A stretch of DNA of 64,000 nucleotides from an uncultured delta proteobacterium (GTDB lineage Bacteria > Bdellovibrionota > FAC87 > UBA2466): the NCBI GenBank assembly GCA_963778115.1, contig CAVZSV010000004.1:448001-512000 (forward strand), in the 5' to 3' direction. Positions 48,731-58,003 of the stretch are shown in pieces. Position 1 is the stretch's first letter. Each line of letters begins with the position of its first letter. A program made the translations under genes and the position numbers. Below the pieces are notes generated by a model, which was given only the letters and a program-made list of their open reading frames with translations, was not told the DNA's origin and did not search any database.

Positions 48731-51700
48731 CTAATTTTGATGGGTCATTTGAAGGAACAGATCACTAAAAGTCTCTCCATCGTCTTTTCCCCGTTGCACC
48801 TGCACTTCCCTGTTGTTTCGCTTATCTTTTATTTTCTTTCTGGGATCATCCGTCGGGAAAAAGCGACTGACCGTATCCTTGGGGCCGGGAGGGGTTCCTA
48901 CCCCGATCACTTCCACCCGAACATTATTCGTATAGGTGATCTTATCGACGTAGGCCACCTGGCAAACGGAATTTTCGAATGCAAAGACGTCAGAGGGAAA
49001 GGGAGAGTCTTGCGTTTTTTGAAAAGCAATCGAAGTTTCGTAGACATCTCTGCCCACCTCTTTTTCGACCACGGGAGCAACCGTTAAGCCTAAACTTCGC
49101 GCCGCATTCGTATAGAAAGAGATTAGCTTTTTGGAGCCCATTTTGCCCCCTTTCAATTTAATCGTAACCTCTTTCTGTGGAGGGGGCAGACCTAATGCCG
49201 CTCGGTTAGGGGAGGAGAGCAACCCTATCAATTGCTGCGTTCGTACGTTGGCAACTTTCGACGTCACTTTGGAAGAAGAGTCTTTGCTCGAAGCTTCCGC
49301 ATTGGCTTTCGCATCCCTTTCATTCTCCGCCCTATCCCGCATGGCCAGAATATCAAGGTGAAAAGAATCCACATCATCGGTCAATCGGCGTTCCACCAGA
49401 TCGTGAAGGCGCTGTTTCCCCTGAGAGGGGTCTTTATCATTGAGGCCGTCCAATACCACGCCATCGAGAGCCTTACCAAGACGTCCCTCCAGTCCAACGG
49501 CCGAAGCTTGCGGATATCTCTCAGTATGATCGTGAAAAGCTCTAGCCAAATCCAAAATGGTATCGGGACTAGCACTATCGATAGTCATTTTTAATTTATC
49601 CGCGAGGTCTCTTTCGGAGCTAAGGACGGAAGTGGGAACGGGAAGCGCCTTTCTTCTCTCAAGAAAATCGTCTATCCGCGCGACGGTAACCTCCGAAGGG
49701 GGTATTCCGAGCTGAGACGGAAAGTTTCCGGCATTTCCCTTTAGCACTGCTTTGATGAAAGTCTTGTCGTGCTTAAATCTATCGATAGCCGCCGCAATCT
49801 CGGTTTCTCCGTACGTCGCATTCTTTCCTAAAGAGGGCGGAGCGCGCCTCTTATCTAAGAAAGTCTGCAAAACCTCCGCGGTTCCCTCCGCAGTTTCAAT
49901 CTTTTTCCTCCAAGCCGATCTTCGCTTCTGGAAATCGAAAATAGCTTGTTGAAATAATGGAGAGCCCACCTCCGTCGATTTACGGGTAAAGCCCATCGAA
50001 ACCGGATCGTCGGGCTTATCGAGAATATCGGTAAGCAAATCGTGAATCCTTCTCCCTTCAGGATCGGTGCCGCCTATTTCGTCAACCGCGCCTTTATTCG
50101 AAATGTATTGCGCTATTTTATTATAGGCATCCACTCCTCGTACGTGATCGCGATTCGAGGAAAAAAACTTTTGTCTCGCGGCTTCAATATCGGAAGCGGT
50201 CCAAACAATTTCCGGAGCTAAGACGATGGGCTCCTTTTCATCTGCTTCATCCAGGTCGTCTTCTTCGTTTCCTTTGCTCGTGGGATCTTTGGGTCTTCTT
50301 TTCTTCCTTGGTTCTCTTATCTTTCGCTCGTGCTGCTCGTAATCCCTTTTCGCAATGTTATACAGCGCATCCATGACCATTGCCGTATCGCTATCGTTAA
50401 CATCTTGGAATGTTACGATGTCGGAGCGCTTTACTTTGCCTTCTGTCATGCGAAGCACTCGTCCAACGCGTTGCAGTAACTCTTTGGGGGCGATGCTGTG
50501 GTTGGTGTCGATGTAGGCCGTAAGGGTGGGAACGTTGATTCCTTCGTCTAGCATTCCCACGGTGAAAAGCATTGTGATCTCACCTTTTCGAAACTTCTCT
50601 TTTATCTCCGCTTGATCGGAGGGAGATAAGTTCGAATGCAATACTCCAATTACGTGCTCCTTGCCGCTAGGAGTTTTCAAATGAAGATTTCTTGCAAAAG
50701 CGGCGAGATTGTCTGCTTCAGTGGTCGTGGGGGAAGCAAAAAAGAGATGTTCGTTATTTTCGAGTATGGGACGAAGCCGGTTAAATACGTTGCCATACTG
50801 CTCTGGGTTCATAATGACCCGTTCCCCTTGCTTCATGGGATACAGAAATAGAGGGTGACCCGTCTCGTCCTGAAAATGCCACGGGTTAATAAAATGGGTA
50901 TCGAAAGGGTGAGACTCTCCCAACTCAAGAGCAGTCTGTAGCTGGGTCAGGATTTCAGTAGCGCTTCGATCAAATTTCCCACGCGCTTTGAGATATCCTT
51001 CGGCATTATCTAAATAAGCCCAAAAAGCATTATCGTGAAAGACATGGGAGATAAGATCTTTGTCTCTTCGAATAGGTGTTGCGGTAAATCCGACAACAGG
51101 AGCCGAACCGTGCGGGGGCCTGTCATTAGGGACGTCGGCATTCCGAGAGATGCCTCTCACATCATCTAGAAAATGGTTGGTAAGCTCCGCTCCCGCGTTA
51201 TGGGCTTCATCGATGAATAGAGAGGCCAAATGGTCTTTAAGAAGGGCGATATTCATTTTCCGATTCTCTTCGGGATCTTCAAAGGGCCCTTTATCCAGCT
51301 TATTGATAATGGTTTGGATCGTAGTGACCAAGACAACGGGCTCTCCGCTCTCGGCCCTTCTGACCAGCTCGTCGATAGTTTCAGGAGCGTTAGCCGCTGC
51401 CAACTTCTCGGCTTGCGTAAGCTCTCTATTGGTCCCGCCCCAACGGACCGTTTCGTAACCGAGATGGGTAGGCATGGCGAGAATATCGTCATGGAGCTGG
51501 TCCACTAAGCCCACTTGATTGGCGAATAAGATATGAAGGCTTGGAATCCCCTTGCGCCCTTCTCCCGGGGCTCGGCTCGCCAATGCATCGTGATTTTTTT
51601 GAAGCAAGTGAGTCAAAGCTCCTTGCATTACGATGGTCTTTCCTACTCCGGTAGGACCTACGAAGAGGAAAGAGTCGTCGCCTGCTTCCATAGCTCCCTC

Positions 51701-52282
51701 AAAGGCCGCGATCCCTTCTCGCTGAGTGTCTTTCAAAATAAGAGCGGCCTCCTTTGGAGAAAGGTTTTGCCGTTCTTTGGGTGCTCGCGAGGAACTGACA
51801 TAAGGATGAAGGGTATGTCCTCGAAGGGCTTTGAGAAGAAAGCGTTTTACTCGAACCGGTGAACTCTCAAGGTCGTAATCCTTGGGGATAAAAAGAGTCC
51901 GGTTGTTATTGGACTCGAAACGAAAATAGGGTTCGGATCCCTTTTCGACCCAAATAATATTGATGTCTTGTCCGGGACCAAACCCGGAAAGCGTGACTCC
52001 GTTGTCACGAATGCGCCAGGTCCGGTGTTCACCGGCCCCTATAAACATCGATCGGCGCCCTACGGTGGGAAGCAGATACTCTTTGAGAAACTGACGTTGG
52101 TGCGGCGGGAGTCGTTGAAACCTAAAACCCAACTGCTCTGTGAGGTAGGCGTCCCTCCAGGCTTGATCGCAAAGCGCTTTATCAAAGATCTCACGGGCAA
52201 TACTCGGTGAACCGGCACCCAAGACAAAGCAGCAGAGAAGTCGCAAAAGGAGGGTAGAGGATTTTGAAGGGGAACGGACCAT
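48731..52282 (-). CDS. SF2 DExH helicase/ATPase (ResIII-like) with N-terminal signal-peptide-like sequence
   Basis: PTGVGKT, IDEAH, FTATP, EGINVP, QRVGRVLR; start placed at ATG 52282. Confidence 0.88.
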   Translation of the reverse strand: MVRSPSKSSTLLLRLLCCFVLGAGSPSIAREIFDKALCDQAWRDAYLTEQLGFRFQRLPPHQRQFLKEYLLPTVGRRSMFIGAGEHRTWRIRDNGVTLSGFGPGQDINIIWVEKGSEPYFRFESNNNRTLFIPKDYDLESSPVRVKRFLLKALRGHTLHPYVSSSRAPKERQNLSPKEAALILKDTQREGIAAFEGAMEAGDDSFLFVGPTGVGKTIVMQGALTHLLQKNHDALASRAPGEGRKGIPSLHILFANQVGLVDQLHDDILAMPTHLGYETVRWGGTNRELTQAEKLAAANAPETIDELVRRAESGEPVVLVTTIQTIINKLDKGPFEDPEENRKMNIALLKDHLASLFIDEAHNAGAELTNHFLDDVRGISRNADVPNDRPPHGSAPVVGFTATPIRRDKDLISHVFHDNAFWAYLDNAEGYLKARGKFDRSATEILTQLQTALELGESHPFDTHFINPWHFQDETGHPLFLYPMKQGERVIMNPEQYGNVFNRLRPILENNEHLFFASPTTTEADNLAAFARNLHLKTPSGKEHVIGVLHSNLSPSDQAEIKEKFRKGEITMLFTVGMLDEGINVPTLTAYIDTNHSIAPKELLQRVGRVLRMTEGKVKRSDIVTFQDVNDSDTAMVMDALYNIAKRDYEQHERKIREPRKKRRPKDPTSKGNEEDDLDEADEKEPIVLAPEIVWTASDIEAARQKFFSSNRDHVRGVDAYNKIAQYISNKGAVDEIGGTDPEGRRIHDLLTDILDKPDDPVSMGFTRKSTEVGSPLFQQAIFDFQKRRSAWRKKIETAEGTAEVLQTFLDKRRAPPSLGKNATYGETEIAAAIDRFKHDKTFIKAVLKGNAGNFPSQLGIPPSEVTVARIDDFLERRKALPVPTSVLSSERDLADKLKMTIDSASPDTILDLARAFHDHTERYPQASAVGLEGRLGKALDGVVLDGLNDKDPSQGKQRLHDLVERRLTDDVDSFHLDILAMRDRAENERDAKANAEASSKDSSSKVTSKVANVRTQQLIGLLSSPNRAALGLPPPQKEVTIKLKGGKMGSKKLISFYTNAARSLGLTVAPVVEKEVGRDVYETSIAFQKTQDSPFPSDVFAFENSVCQVAYVDKITYTNNVRVEVIGVGTPPGPKDTVSRFFPTDDPRKKIKDKRNNREVQVQRGKDDGETFSDLFLQMTHQN

Positions 52283-52380
52283 CGGTAACTTATCGGAATA
52301 ACCATATGAAATAATAAGGTAAAAATAGAAAATATGACCCATTGCTCCAGGGGAAGCAATTTGGTATGAGGACCTTCCCA

Positions 52381-52923
52381 ATGCGCGAAATGGCTTACAT
52401 GATCGGCCTCTTTCTTACCCTGTGCTCCTTCAGCCGAAGCATCGCGTTAAATGGGGATGGCCAGAAATTTTCAAAGCCTACTCCCTGTGGCGCCGATATC
52501 CAGAAATTAAGACGCCATCCGCTTTTCACTGAACAGGGAGAATTACTTCGATTGGCGTGGGTAGCCGAAGAAACCAAGGTAGGAAATCGGATCGACCCCT
52601 CTTACAAAACTGACATTTCACGAAATCATTTCTATGAGGGGAACAGTTCAGAAAATTTCGCGGTCGCGTGTGCGTACGCGGCGGTACTATTTCAATTCCC
52701 CAGCCACACTATCTTGCTAAATCCAACTTCACTTGAGAGAGGAAGGTTTCAAGTGGCATCTTTGGGATTTCTTTCCAGCGTACAGTTCCAGATAATTCTT
52801 CATCCCGACTTGCATTCGAGCCTTAATGAGGGGGAATGGAATGAACTTCAAGAATGGCTAACGCTGCTTCCTCGCACGTATCCCAAATCCGTCTTTATCG
52901 TGTATGCGCCGGATTCCGATTAG
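52381..52923 (+). CDS. Secreted hypothetical protein
   Basis: GAGGA SD before ATG 52381; signal-like N-terminus. Confidence 0.6.
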   Translation: MREMAYMIGLFLTLCSFSRSIALNGDGQKFSKPTPCGADIQKLRRHPLFTEQGELLRLAWVAEETKVGNRIDPSYKTDISRNHFYEGNSSENFAVACAYAAVLFQFPSHTILLNPTSLERGRFQVASLGFLSSVQFQIILHPDLHSSLNEGEWNELQEWLTLLPRTYPKSVFIVYAPDSD

Positions 52924-54110
52924 CGAACCCGTGGGACAACAAGAGTAATCCAAGTTCCTTTGCCTGCATAATTTCCCGCATCTACCGTTCCTCCGAAAGT
53001 AGCGACTGCCTTTTTTAATCCCTCCCATCCGGGACACTTGGAAAGATCAACACCCTGCCCGTCGGTAGAAATACCTAACCACAACCACTGGGATCGGTTC
53101 ACGGTATCGGTGATGGCTTGGGCATCAAACTTAATAGACGCAGAAGATCGTTTACCTCGATACCTTCGAGTCTGTTCTGACTCTATGTCTTTGTCGATAA
53201 GTGCTGTCACCACTGATCCTAGACTCTTAAAGACAGGCTTTAGCATCGTTCCATCAACGGTCAGAGAGCCGCCGGAGAAAGACTCTGCCACTATGCGTTT
53301 ATTGGCCAATTTCGATTGAAGCAACGTTAGGTAAAGTAACTGATTATAGAATACGTCGAGTTTGGGCTCCCACAACCGCTGTTGCGGTTGTGATTTCGTC
53401 GATTGCGTTGTCTTGGCTAGAAAACTAGTAACCTGTTCGGGTATTCGAATCGCCGGAAAGAGTAGGAATAAGACAGAGCTGATGATGACGAGCACTAAAG
53501 GTGTCGCCCAAGCTGATATAAAGCTTCCGCGGGCTTTGCTTAATTCTTTATCTAGAGGGTAGTCGACTTGAAGGGTACCCACGACACGTCCGCCGTTACT
53601 GCGCAAGGGGGCGTAAGCGGTGACCCACTCATTACGCTGATCTTCATAAGGCCGAGTCGAAGTGGTGTCTCCGCTACGAATGCTTTTGATAGCCTCTTTA
53701 GTCCAGGGTAGCTCAATCCCTACAAAAGCATCTTTGCCAGAAAGGCCAAAGGCGATGGCTCGCTGATGCGCGGCCGGTGAGGAGAACCACGCTTGTACCA
53801 AATTCGCGGATATCATTGGAGTAAGCGATTGAGATATTTTGCGAAGGCCGGCGCTAATACTGGCAGCAAAATCTGTTTTTCCCCCCCGTACCAACTCATT
53901 TTCAGTGATCGCAATTTCGCGCCCATCCCAAAGAGCGGCCGCCTTTTTGGCAAGCTGCTCCGCGTGGTATGACGAACTTTTTTCGAATTCCGAGACCGCA
54001 CCATGATAGCGCAAATCGGCCCAGCAGACGCTTAGAGCCACCAAGACCAATAAAATGGCGTAATCCATTTTGGTCACGATAGGAAAAGAGAATGGGGTAA
54101 CTTCTTGCAT
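52920..54110 (-). CDS. Membrane sensor (Cache-like periplasmic domain) with degenerate CheA-type HATPase domain
   Basis: Two TMs flank YEDQRNEWVTAYAPL..VVGTLQVD; C-terminal DKDIESEQTRRYRGK, STDGQGVD and FGGTV....GKGTWITL. Confidence 0.7.
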   Translation of the reverse strand: MQEVTPFSFPIVTKMDYAILLVLVALSVCWADLRYHGAVSEFEKSSSYHAEQLAKKAAALWDGREIAITENELVRGGKTDFAASISAGLRKISQSLTPMISANLVQAWFSSPAAHQRAIAFGLSGKDAFVGIELPWTKEAIKSIRSGDTTSTRPYEDQRNEWVTAYAPLRSNGGRVVGTLQVDYPLDKELSKARGSFISAWATPLVLVIISSVLFLLFPAIRIPEQVTSFLAKTTQSTKSQPQQRLWEPKLDVFYNQLLYLTLLQSKLANKRIVAESFSGGSLTVDGTMLKPVFKSLGSVVTALIDKDIESEQTRRYRGKRSSASIKFDAQAITDTVNRSQWLWLGISTDGQGVDLSKCPGWEGLKKAVATFGGTVDAGNYAGKGTWITLVVPRVR

Positions 54111-54130
54111 AAGATTTTTGGGTGACTCAC

Positions 54131-54781
54131 TCAGAAAATTCTTAGTGTCACTCGTCGATTCTTTATCTGATTTTCGGGAATTGGCTGCCCCTTACTATCT
54201 CGGTTAGGAGCGATAGGTTCGCAATCCCCATGAGCCATCAGAACGGTTCGTTTGGAAAATTCTGGAGAAAGGTTCATGGCATAGAGAACATAAAGGGCCC
54301 GTTTCGCTGAAAGATCCCAGTTATCTTCGATGGTCTTGGTATGAATGGGAGTGTCATCGGTGTGCCCCTCAATGCCTAGTTTGTAAGGCGCCGGAATCTT
54401 CTCCAAAGTCTTAGCTAAAAGTCTCAAAATCTCAGTTCCGGCATCGGTCGGCCGGTACTCGCCGCTGGAAAAGAGAACTTTATCTTTGATCTCTACTCGC
54501 AGACTGTCGTCTACCTGCTTTACACTAATCTGATCTTGCAGTTTTCTTTCGGTGACCCAAGCATTCAAATTTTGTTTTAGTTGATCGACCGGAGTTTTGG
54601 GCATGTTTTCGTGGCGGATCTGAGCGACTAGTTTTCGAAACTCGTTCTGTTTTATCTGCTTATAGCTAAAACTGAACATCACCACGAAAAAGATGAATAG
54701 CAACATCATCAGATCGCTTAAGCTTACGAGCCATAGATACTCGCCCGTATCTGGCATTCGTTTCGGCACGACTGATTTCAC
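54131..54781 (-). CDS. motB: MotB/PomB-family stator subunit with OmpA-like domain
   Basis: WLVSLSDLMMLLFIFF with the conserved Asp; IEGHTDD, NWDLSAKRA, NRRV; start placed at GTG 54781 (AGGA SD). Confidence 0.92.
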   Translation of the reverse strand: MKSVVPKRMPDTGEYLWLVSLSDLMMLLFIFFVVMFSFSYKQIKQNEFRKLVAQIRHENMPKTPVDQLKQNLNAWVTERKLQDQISVKQVDDSLRVEIKDKVLFSSGEYRPTDAGTEILRLLAKTLEKIPAPYKLGIEGHTDDTPIHTKTIEDNWDLSAKRALYVLYAMNLSPEFSKRTVLMAHGDCEPIAPNRDSKGQPIPENQIKNRRVTLRIF

Positions 54782-54797
54782 GTAGGGGATCCTTTGG

Positions 54798-55577
54798 TTA
54801 GGCGACTCTTCGTATCTCTTGCGTCTCTTCTGATGGAATTTGAGCGGAGTCCGCAAAATATTCGGTGGGTTTGCGCTTTTCTAACAGCTCAAGCCATCGA
54901 ATCACTTGATTGTATCCATTCAATTCGACTTCGAGCACGCGCTCAACCTTTTGCTGCAGTGGGGTCCACACCACGAGCGAAAAGAAAAGGCCATAGAAAG
55001 TGGTGAGCAACGCCAAACTCATATGAGAACCTATCTGCGAAGGATCGGAAATGGATGACAGTAGTTCCACCATGCCTAAGATGGTTCCCAACATTCCCAC
55101 TGAAGGGGCTAAACGGACGCCCATACCCAAGGCCCCCATGCACTGAAACAGGTGATTGTGAGTGCGATCCCTTTCAATCTCAAGCATCTCGCGGATATCT
55201 GTAGTAGGAATACGAATGGCCATTCGATCGATGACCTTCTGCACGTAATCGGAAACGCCTTTGGTCTCCAGATCGTCGAAAGCCTTTGCCCCTTCACTGT
55301 AAAACAGACTCCCTACACGTTGTAAAAACACGGCCTCTTTTTCATGCTTTGTCTGCCTTCTAGACGCCGAAGTTCCAAATACCCAGCGAAACGTTCGAAA
55401 TAAGATCGTCCAGTCGGAGCAAGTGATAACCAAAGCAATGGGACCAAGGCCGGTAAGCACCATCGCGGGCCAGTGAAAGATCCGAAAGGCTCCCGTGGCA
55501 AAGGCAGTCCCTTCAAAGTTGTACACGACTGCGAGGCAACCCAAGAGCCCCATGAGTCCAAAGATCCGCGTTATCAT
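54798..55577 (-). CDS. motA: MotA/PomA-family stator subunit
   Basis: APSVGMLGTILGMV, DPSQIGSHMSLALLTTFYG, PL..K; adjacent to motB. Confidence 0.92.
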   Translation of the reverse strand: MITRIFGLMGLLGCLAVVYNFEGTAFATGAFRIFHWPAMVLTGLGPIALVITCSDWTILFRTFRWVFGTSASRRQTKHEKEAVFLQRVGSLFYSEGAKAFDDLETKGVSDYVQKVIDRMAIRIPTTDIREMLEIERDRTHNHLFQCMGALGMGVRLAPSVGMLGTILGMVELLSSISDPSQIGSHMSLALLTTFYGLFFSLVVWTPLQQKVERVLEVELNGYNQVIRWLELLEKRKPTEYFADSAQIPSEETQEIRRVA

Positions 55578-57325
55578 GCCATGGCCTCCCTAATGCGCCG
55601 AGTGAGAGAGACCCGGGCACTTTGTGTTGCTTCTTCCGACGCTCCCTTTGCGGATCGCAACTGACTTATCAGGAAACTCTTTCGTCTCGGCGAAAGGGCA
55701 TCCAAAATGACATCGACGGTGTCTTGCGAACACGTCGCTAAAGCCATTGCAAGCTCTTCGTTGTCGACATCCGAGAGTATTTTTCGAAGTAAGTTATCCG
55801 GAAAGGAAGCTACGTCCTCTAGCTTAAATTTGTATTTTCTTAGCGTGGGAGAGATGTTGGGATTGGTGGTTTCAAGATCTCTGATGAGCTCCTCTTGATG
55901 GGTGCTCTCCGAAAGAACGGTTCCCCAGAAATCGACATCTTCGCTGGGAGAGCCGTAGAACCGCTGCGGCATCCGCTGTACCGAGGTTCTCACATCACGT
56001 TCTATTTCCGCTATCTGGCTGAAGTTAATTTGCTGGACCGAGGGAACCTGAGCCAAGATCTCTTGTCGTTTGCCGGGCTCTAAAGTATCGAGCACCATCG
56101 CCGATTGCCTTGCTTTCATAAAACGCAGCATTAAGCACACAGCGACGGGATTTTCCTGATTGGCCAGGGCCAATAGCTGCTCATTATTAAGACTCTGTAG
56201 AAATCCAAAAAACTGCCGATCCTGCCAGTCTGCGGTCTCGGCAAATTCATCAAAGCTTTTTTCATGCTTTGCTAAAATTTCGTCGGGCTCCACAGCAGGG
56301 ATATCACTGCCCACGGGCCGAGCGATTTGCAAGCCATCCAAAAAGTTATCAAAAGCGGGTCCCGAGAGGACCGAATACAACTCATTCTGGACTTCGGCCG
56401 ATAGCTTTGCCCAATACTGCGAAAAAGCACCGGACCGAGTCAGGAATCGTTCCAAAAGACGTTTCCGACGGAAAGCGACTTCTGCCTTTTCATCCAATGC
56501 CTCGTCGTTCTTAGACGCCGATGCCGTGCGGTAACCTAAGGTTCTAGCAGCTTCAAGGATCTTGGGGATGGCCTGCTCATGGCCGCTTGCCGATCTTCGG
56601 CGCTTTGCTCTTGGAGAGGAGGAAGGGGCTTGGTAATTTTTTTCCCGACGGGTACCCACAACTAAAAGAAGAGCCAACAAGAAAACGACCAGCATCAGTA
56701 AAATGAGCCCGGCCCACCGGGCAAACCGCCAGAGCACCTCTTCTACCGTGGGAGGAGGCGGCGGCTCGGGCTTTTTCACTTCTTCTTTGGGAGGCGGCAA
56801 CGGCTTTTCCACTTCCTTGACTGGCTTTAGCATCGGCATCTGGGAAAAGCTGACCACCGAACGCCTGGGAAAATTGGTACCCATATAGTTTTGAGTGAGC
56901 ATTTTAGCGCGCGTTACTAGTCCGGGCGCCAGACTCTCATCAAGACCAATTTGCGCTATCACCATTCTAAGGACGGGAGTTTCGACGTTTCGAAACACTT
57001 GACGCTCATGCCGGGGAAGTTGGGGGGATTCCTTTCTCTCCACTTCGGGCTCAAAGCCAGGCATGACCGGGATCGGATCTTGGTGTTTAGATTCGACGAG
57101 CTGTTCGTCGAGGGTTTCTCCTTCGATCAGTTCCCTATGGTTTTCCGTCTCAACTTGAGCGTTCACTTGGACCAGAAACTGTTCGCGCGGCATCATATGG
57201 CCCAGCAAATTATCCAAATCGGTTTGGACTTTGCTCTCCACAGCGAAAGGATCCAAAGTGGCGTAGGCGTAGGAAGGCAGCCACGCCGAAATAATGATGA
57301 GTAAAATGAAAAGAAGCCACTTCAT
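55574..57325 (-). CDS. Signal peptide / FliF-ring-like periplasmic domain / TM / FliG middle and C-terminal domain fusion
   Basis: FliG-M-like FGFLQ...QENPVAVCLML; FliG-C-like YKFKLED...LRKILSDVDNEELAMAL...LSPR; N-terminal part resembles the FliF RBM3 layout. Confidence 0.8.
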   Translation of the reverse strand: MKWLLFILLIIISAWLPSYAYATLDPFAVESKVQTDLDNLLGHMMPREQFLVQVNAQVETENHRELIEGETLDEQLVESKHQDPIPVMPGFEPEVERKESPQLPRHERQVFRNVETPVLRMVIAQIGLDESLAPGLVTRAKMLTQNYMGTNFPRRSVVSFSQMPMLKPVKEVEKPLPPPKEEVKKPEPPPPPTVEEVLWRFARWAGLILLMLVVFLLALLLVVGTRREKNYQAPSSSPRAKRRRSASGHEQAIPKILEAARTLGYRTASASKNDEALDEKAEVAFRRKRLLERFLTRSGAFSQYWAKLSAEVQNELYSVLSGPAFDNFLDGLQIARPVGSDIPAVEPDEILAKHEKSFDEFAETADWQDRQFFGFLQSLNNEQLLALANQENPVAVCLMLRFMKARQSAMVLDTLEPGKRQEILAQVPSVQQINFSQIAEIERDVRTSVQRMPQRFYGSPSEDVDFWGTVLSESTHQEELIRDLETTNPNISPTLRKYKFKLEDVASFPDNLLRKILSDVDNEELAMALATCSQDTVDVILDALSPRRKSFLISQLRSAKGASEEATQSARVSLTRRIREAMA

Positions 57326-57987
57326 TTATATCGCTCCAAGAGCGTCTTAACTTGGGGATTCGTAGGCTCAAGGGACTGCGCTTTTTCCCAGGATTTCTTG
57401 GCCAAGTCCTTTTGATTTTGGACGTACATGAGGCTACCTTTCATGATCCATCCGCGCACATAGTCAGGCTTTTTCCTTAAGATCTCTTCGACATCTTCAC
57501 TTGCTTCAAAAAATTTCCCTTGGTTATAAAAATGGTTGGCTTCGATAACGAGCTTGTCCGTGTCGTCATATTCCACCACGAGGGGTGCCAGAGGAGGCAG
57601 TGATTGCGGCTTTCGATCTTTGTCGGCTACTTTCTGAGTGTCAAAATCATCCGCGTCATCGTCGTCATCCGCATCAGCGTCCTCTTTAGACGATTTGGAC
57701 TTTTTCTTGGAAGCCTCTCTTTTATGATCGGCTTTATCATCATCAGAATCATTGTCGGAGGTCGTGTTCTTACTGGGATAGACAGGCTTTAGATCAGACA
57801 AAGGAATCTCTATTTTATAGTTCCCGTTGTTCTTAAATCCGATGTCTCCTACCAAAGTCTTAGTTCCCCATGGCGTAACCAACTCTAAATTGTCGCCGGT
57901 TTCTTTCACCGAAAATTGATCAAGTGCGGAGCTATCCGCTGAAACGAGAAGTACTAAGGGCAGTAACAAGTAGCTTCTTTTTCCCAT
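57322..57987 (-). CDS. Exported TPR-repeat protein with charged linker
   Basis: Signal peptide; ANHFYNQGKF..A, PDYVRGWIMKG, AKKSWEKAQSLEP.N. Confidence 0.85.
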   Translation of the reverse strand: MGKRSYLLLPLVLLVSADSSALDQFSVKETGDNLELVTPWGTKTLVGDIGFKNNGNYKIEIPLSDLKPVYPSKNTTSDNDSDDDKADHKREASKKKSKSSKEDADADDDDDADDFDTQKVADKDRKPQSLPPLAPLVVEYDDTDKLVIEANHFYNQGKFFEASEDVEEILRKKPDYVRGWIMKGSLMYVQNQKDLAKKSWEKAQSLEPTNPQVKTLLERYK

Positions 57988-58003
57988 CGTCGTGATTTCG
58001 CCG

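Noticed and set aside
48731..52381. Type I/III restriction-modification or other defence system
   Set aside because: No methyltransferase, specificity subunit or recognisable nuclease motif lies nearby.
54131..55577. Zorya ZorAB defence system, or an ordinary flagellar operon
   Set aside because: MotA has no long ZorA tail and there is no zorC/D/E. The neighbour is FliG-like, and no other flagellar structural gene is present in the window.
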